Below are positions 63,392 to 64,000 of a stretch of 64,000 nt of DNA, one piece after another. This stretch comes from Guillardia theta CCMP2712 (taxonomy: Eukaryota; Protista; Cryptophyta). A program made the translations under genes and the position numbers. Numbering within the stretch: position 1 is the stretch's first letter; each line of letters starts with the position of its first letter. Below the pieces are notes generated by a model. It was not told where the DNA came from. It did no database searches and worked only from the letters and a program-made list of their open reading frames with translations. The DNA is taken from contig NW_005434672.1 in the NCBI RefSeq assembly GCF_000315625.1, positions 1,085,374-1,149,373 of the forward strand. The letters run 5' to 3'.

Positions 63392-64000
63392 TGTGGCAGA
63401 GGAGGACGATGGAGGACGAGCTTCTTGTATGCCAACCACCTCGTAGTGCACGGAGATCTGTCGAGAGCGATGGAGCTCTACGGGGACGCGCTTACCTCCA
63501 GGCCCTGTAACGCCGCCACGTTCCTCAATGCGGGGAATACCTTGATGATGATGAATCGGTGAGAACAAACATGTCCTGGTAGACTTTGCCTTGACTGTTG
63601 GGCTGCAAACAGCACGGCAGACGCCGCTCGGAGCTACCGAGCAGCTCTGCGCCTGCATCCTTCGCTCACCGACGCCAAATGTAACCTGATGATGGCTACA
63701 GGACCTAGAAGACAGAGGGGAGAGCATGGAGGAGCAGGAGGAGCAGCAGGAGCAGCAGGAGCAGCAGGAGCAGCAGGAGCAGCAGGAGCAGCAGGAGCAG
63801 CAGGAGCAGCAGGAGAGAGGTTGTCAGCATGTTACGCGCATGAAGCCAGCAAGTCGGTGGAGCAGGAGACTGTTAAGATGTATTCGAGCGATCAGGTTGA
63901 CAGGAGGTCAACTCCGATGAGGCCGAGGGCAAGGACGGAGACGATCGCTCCATCCTCCTTGCCGAGGATCTGGCAGGAAGTTGTCAAGTCGCAGTCAGGA
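63392..64000 (+). CDS. Partial TPR-repeat protein (spliced, incomplete at both ends)
   Basis: YANHLVVHGDLSRAMELYGDALTSRP.NAATFLNAGNTL and DAARSYRAALRLHP fit the TPR consensus. Confidence 0.6.
63729..63814. repeat. (GGAGCAGCA)n 9-bp tandem repeat, probably intronic
   Basis: Direct inspection. Confidence 0.85.

Noticed and set aside
63726-63920. (EQQ)n protein
   Set aside because: The 9-bp tandem repeat lies after a GT donor within the TPR gene and is probably intronic.

Overview
Intron-rich eukaryotic nuclear DNA with short ~45-60 nt introns plus longer purine/pyrimidine low-complexity introns; by gene content and style it most resembles a cryptophyte alga such as Guillardia theta (inference, not verified). 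About 17 protein-coding loci are recognisable: mitochondrial phosphate carrier, EMC10, EndoU, a MORN/phosphagen-kinase-like fusion, an LRR/zinc-knuckle protein, CPSF1, a cathepsin L-like protease, an SLC18B1-like MFS transporter, an SPP-like protease, CDC123, an orphan membrane protein, two IQ-motif proteins, a YccF-domain protein, a kinesin-like/DEP/DUF547 protein, two head-to-head inverted copies of a receptor kinase-guanylate cyclase, and a partial TPR gene. The four most notable signals are: (1) an intronless, very high-GC3 fragment at 45072-45447 matching the C-terminal nuclease half of a herpesvirus-type DNA-packaging terminase, next to a second degraded high-GC3 ORF, a probable endogenous mirusvirus-like relic; (2) duplicated receptors fusing a bacterial-type sugar solute-binding ectodomain to an apparently active kinase and a guanylate cyclase, differing mainly in one ectodomain patch; (3) a multidomain protein joining an MDH1B/PPIL6-like N-terminus, MORN repeats, a dead phosphagen-kinase fold and a possible adenylate-kinase-like tail; (4) a pseudo-kinesin fused to DEP-DUF547. 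All homology calls are from motif recognition by eye, and all splice models are manual.
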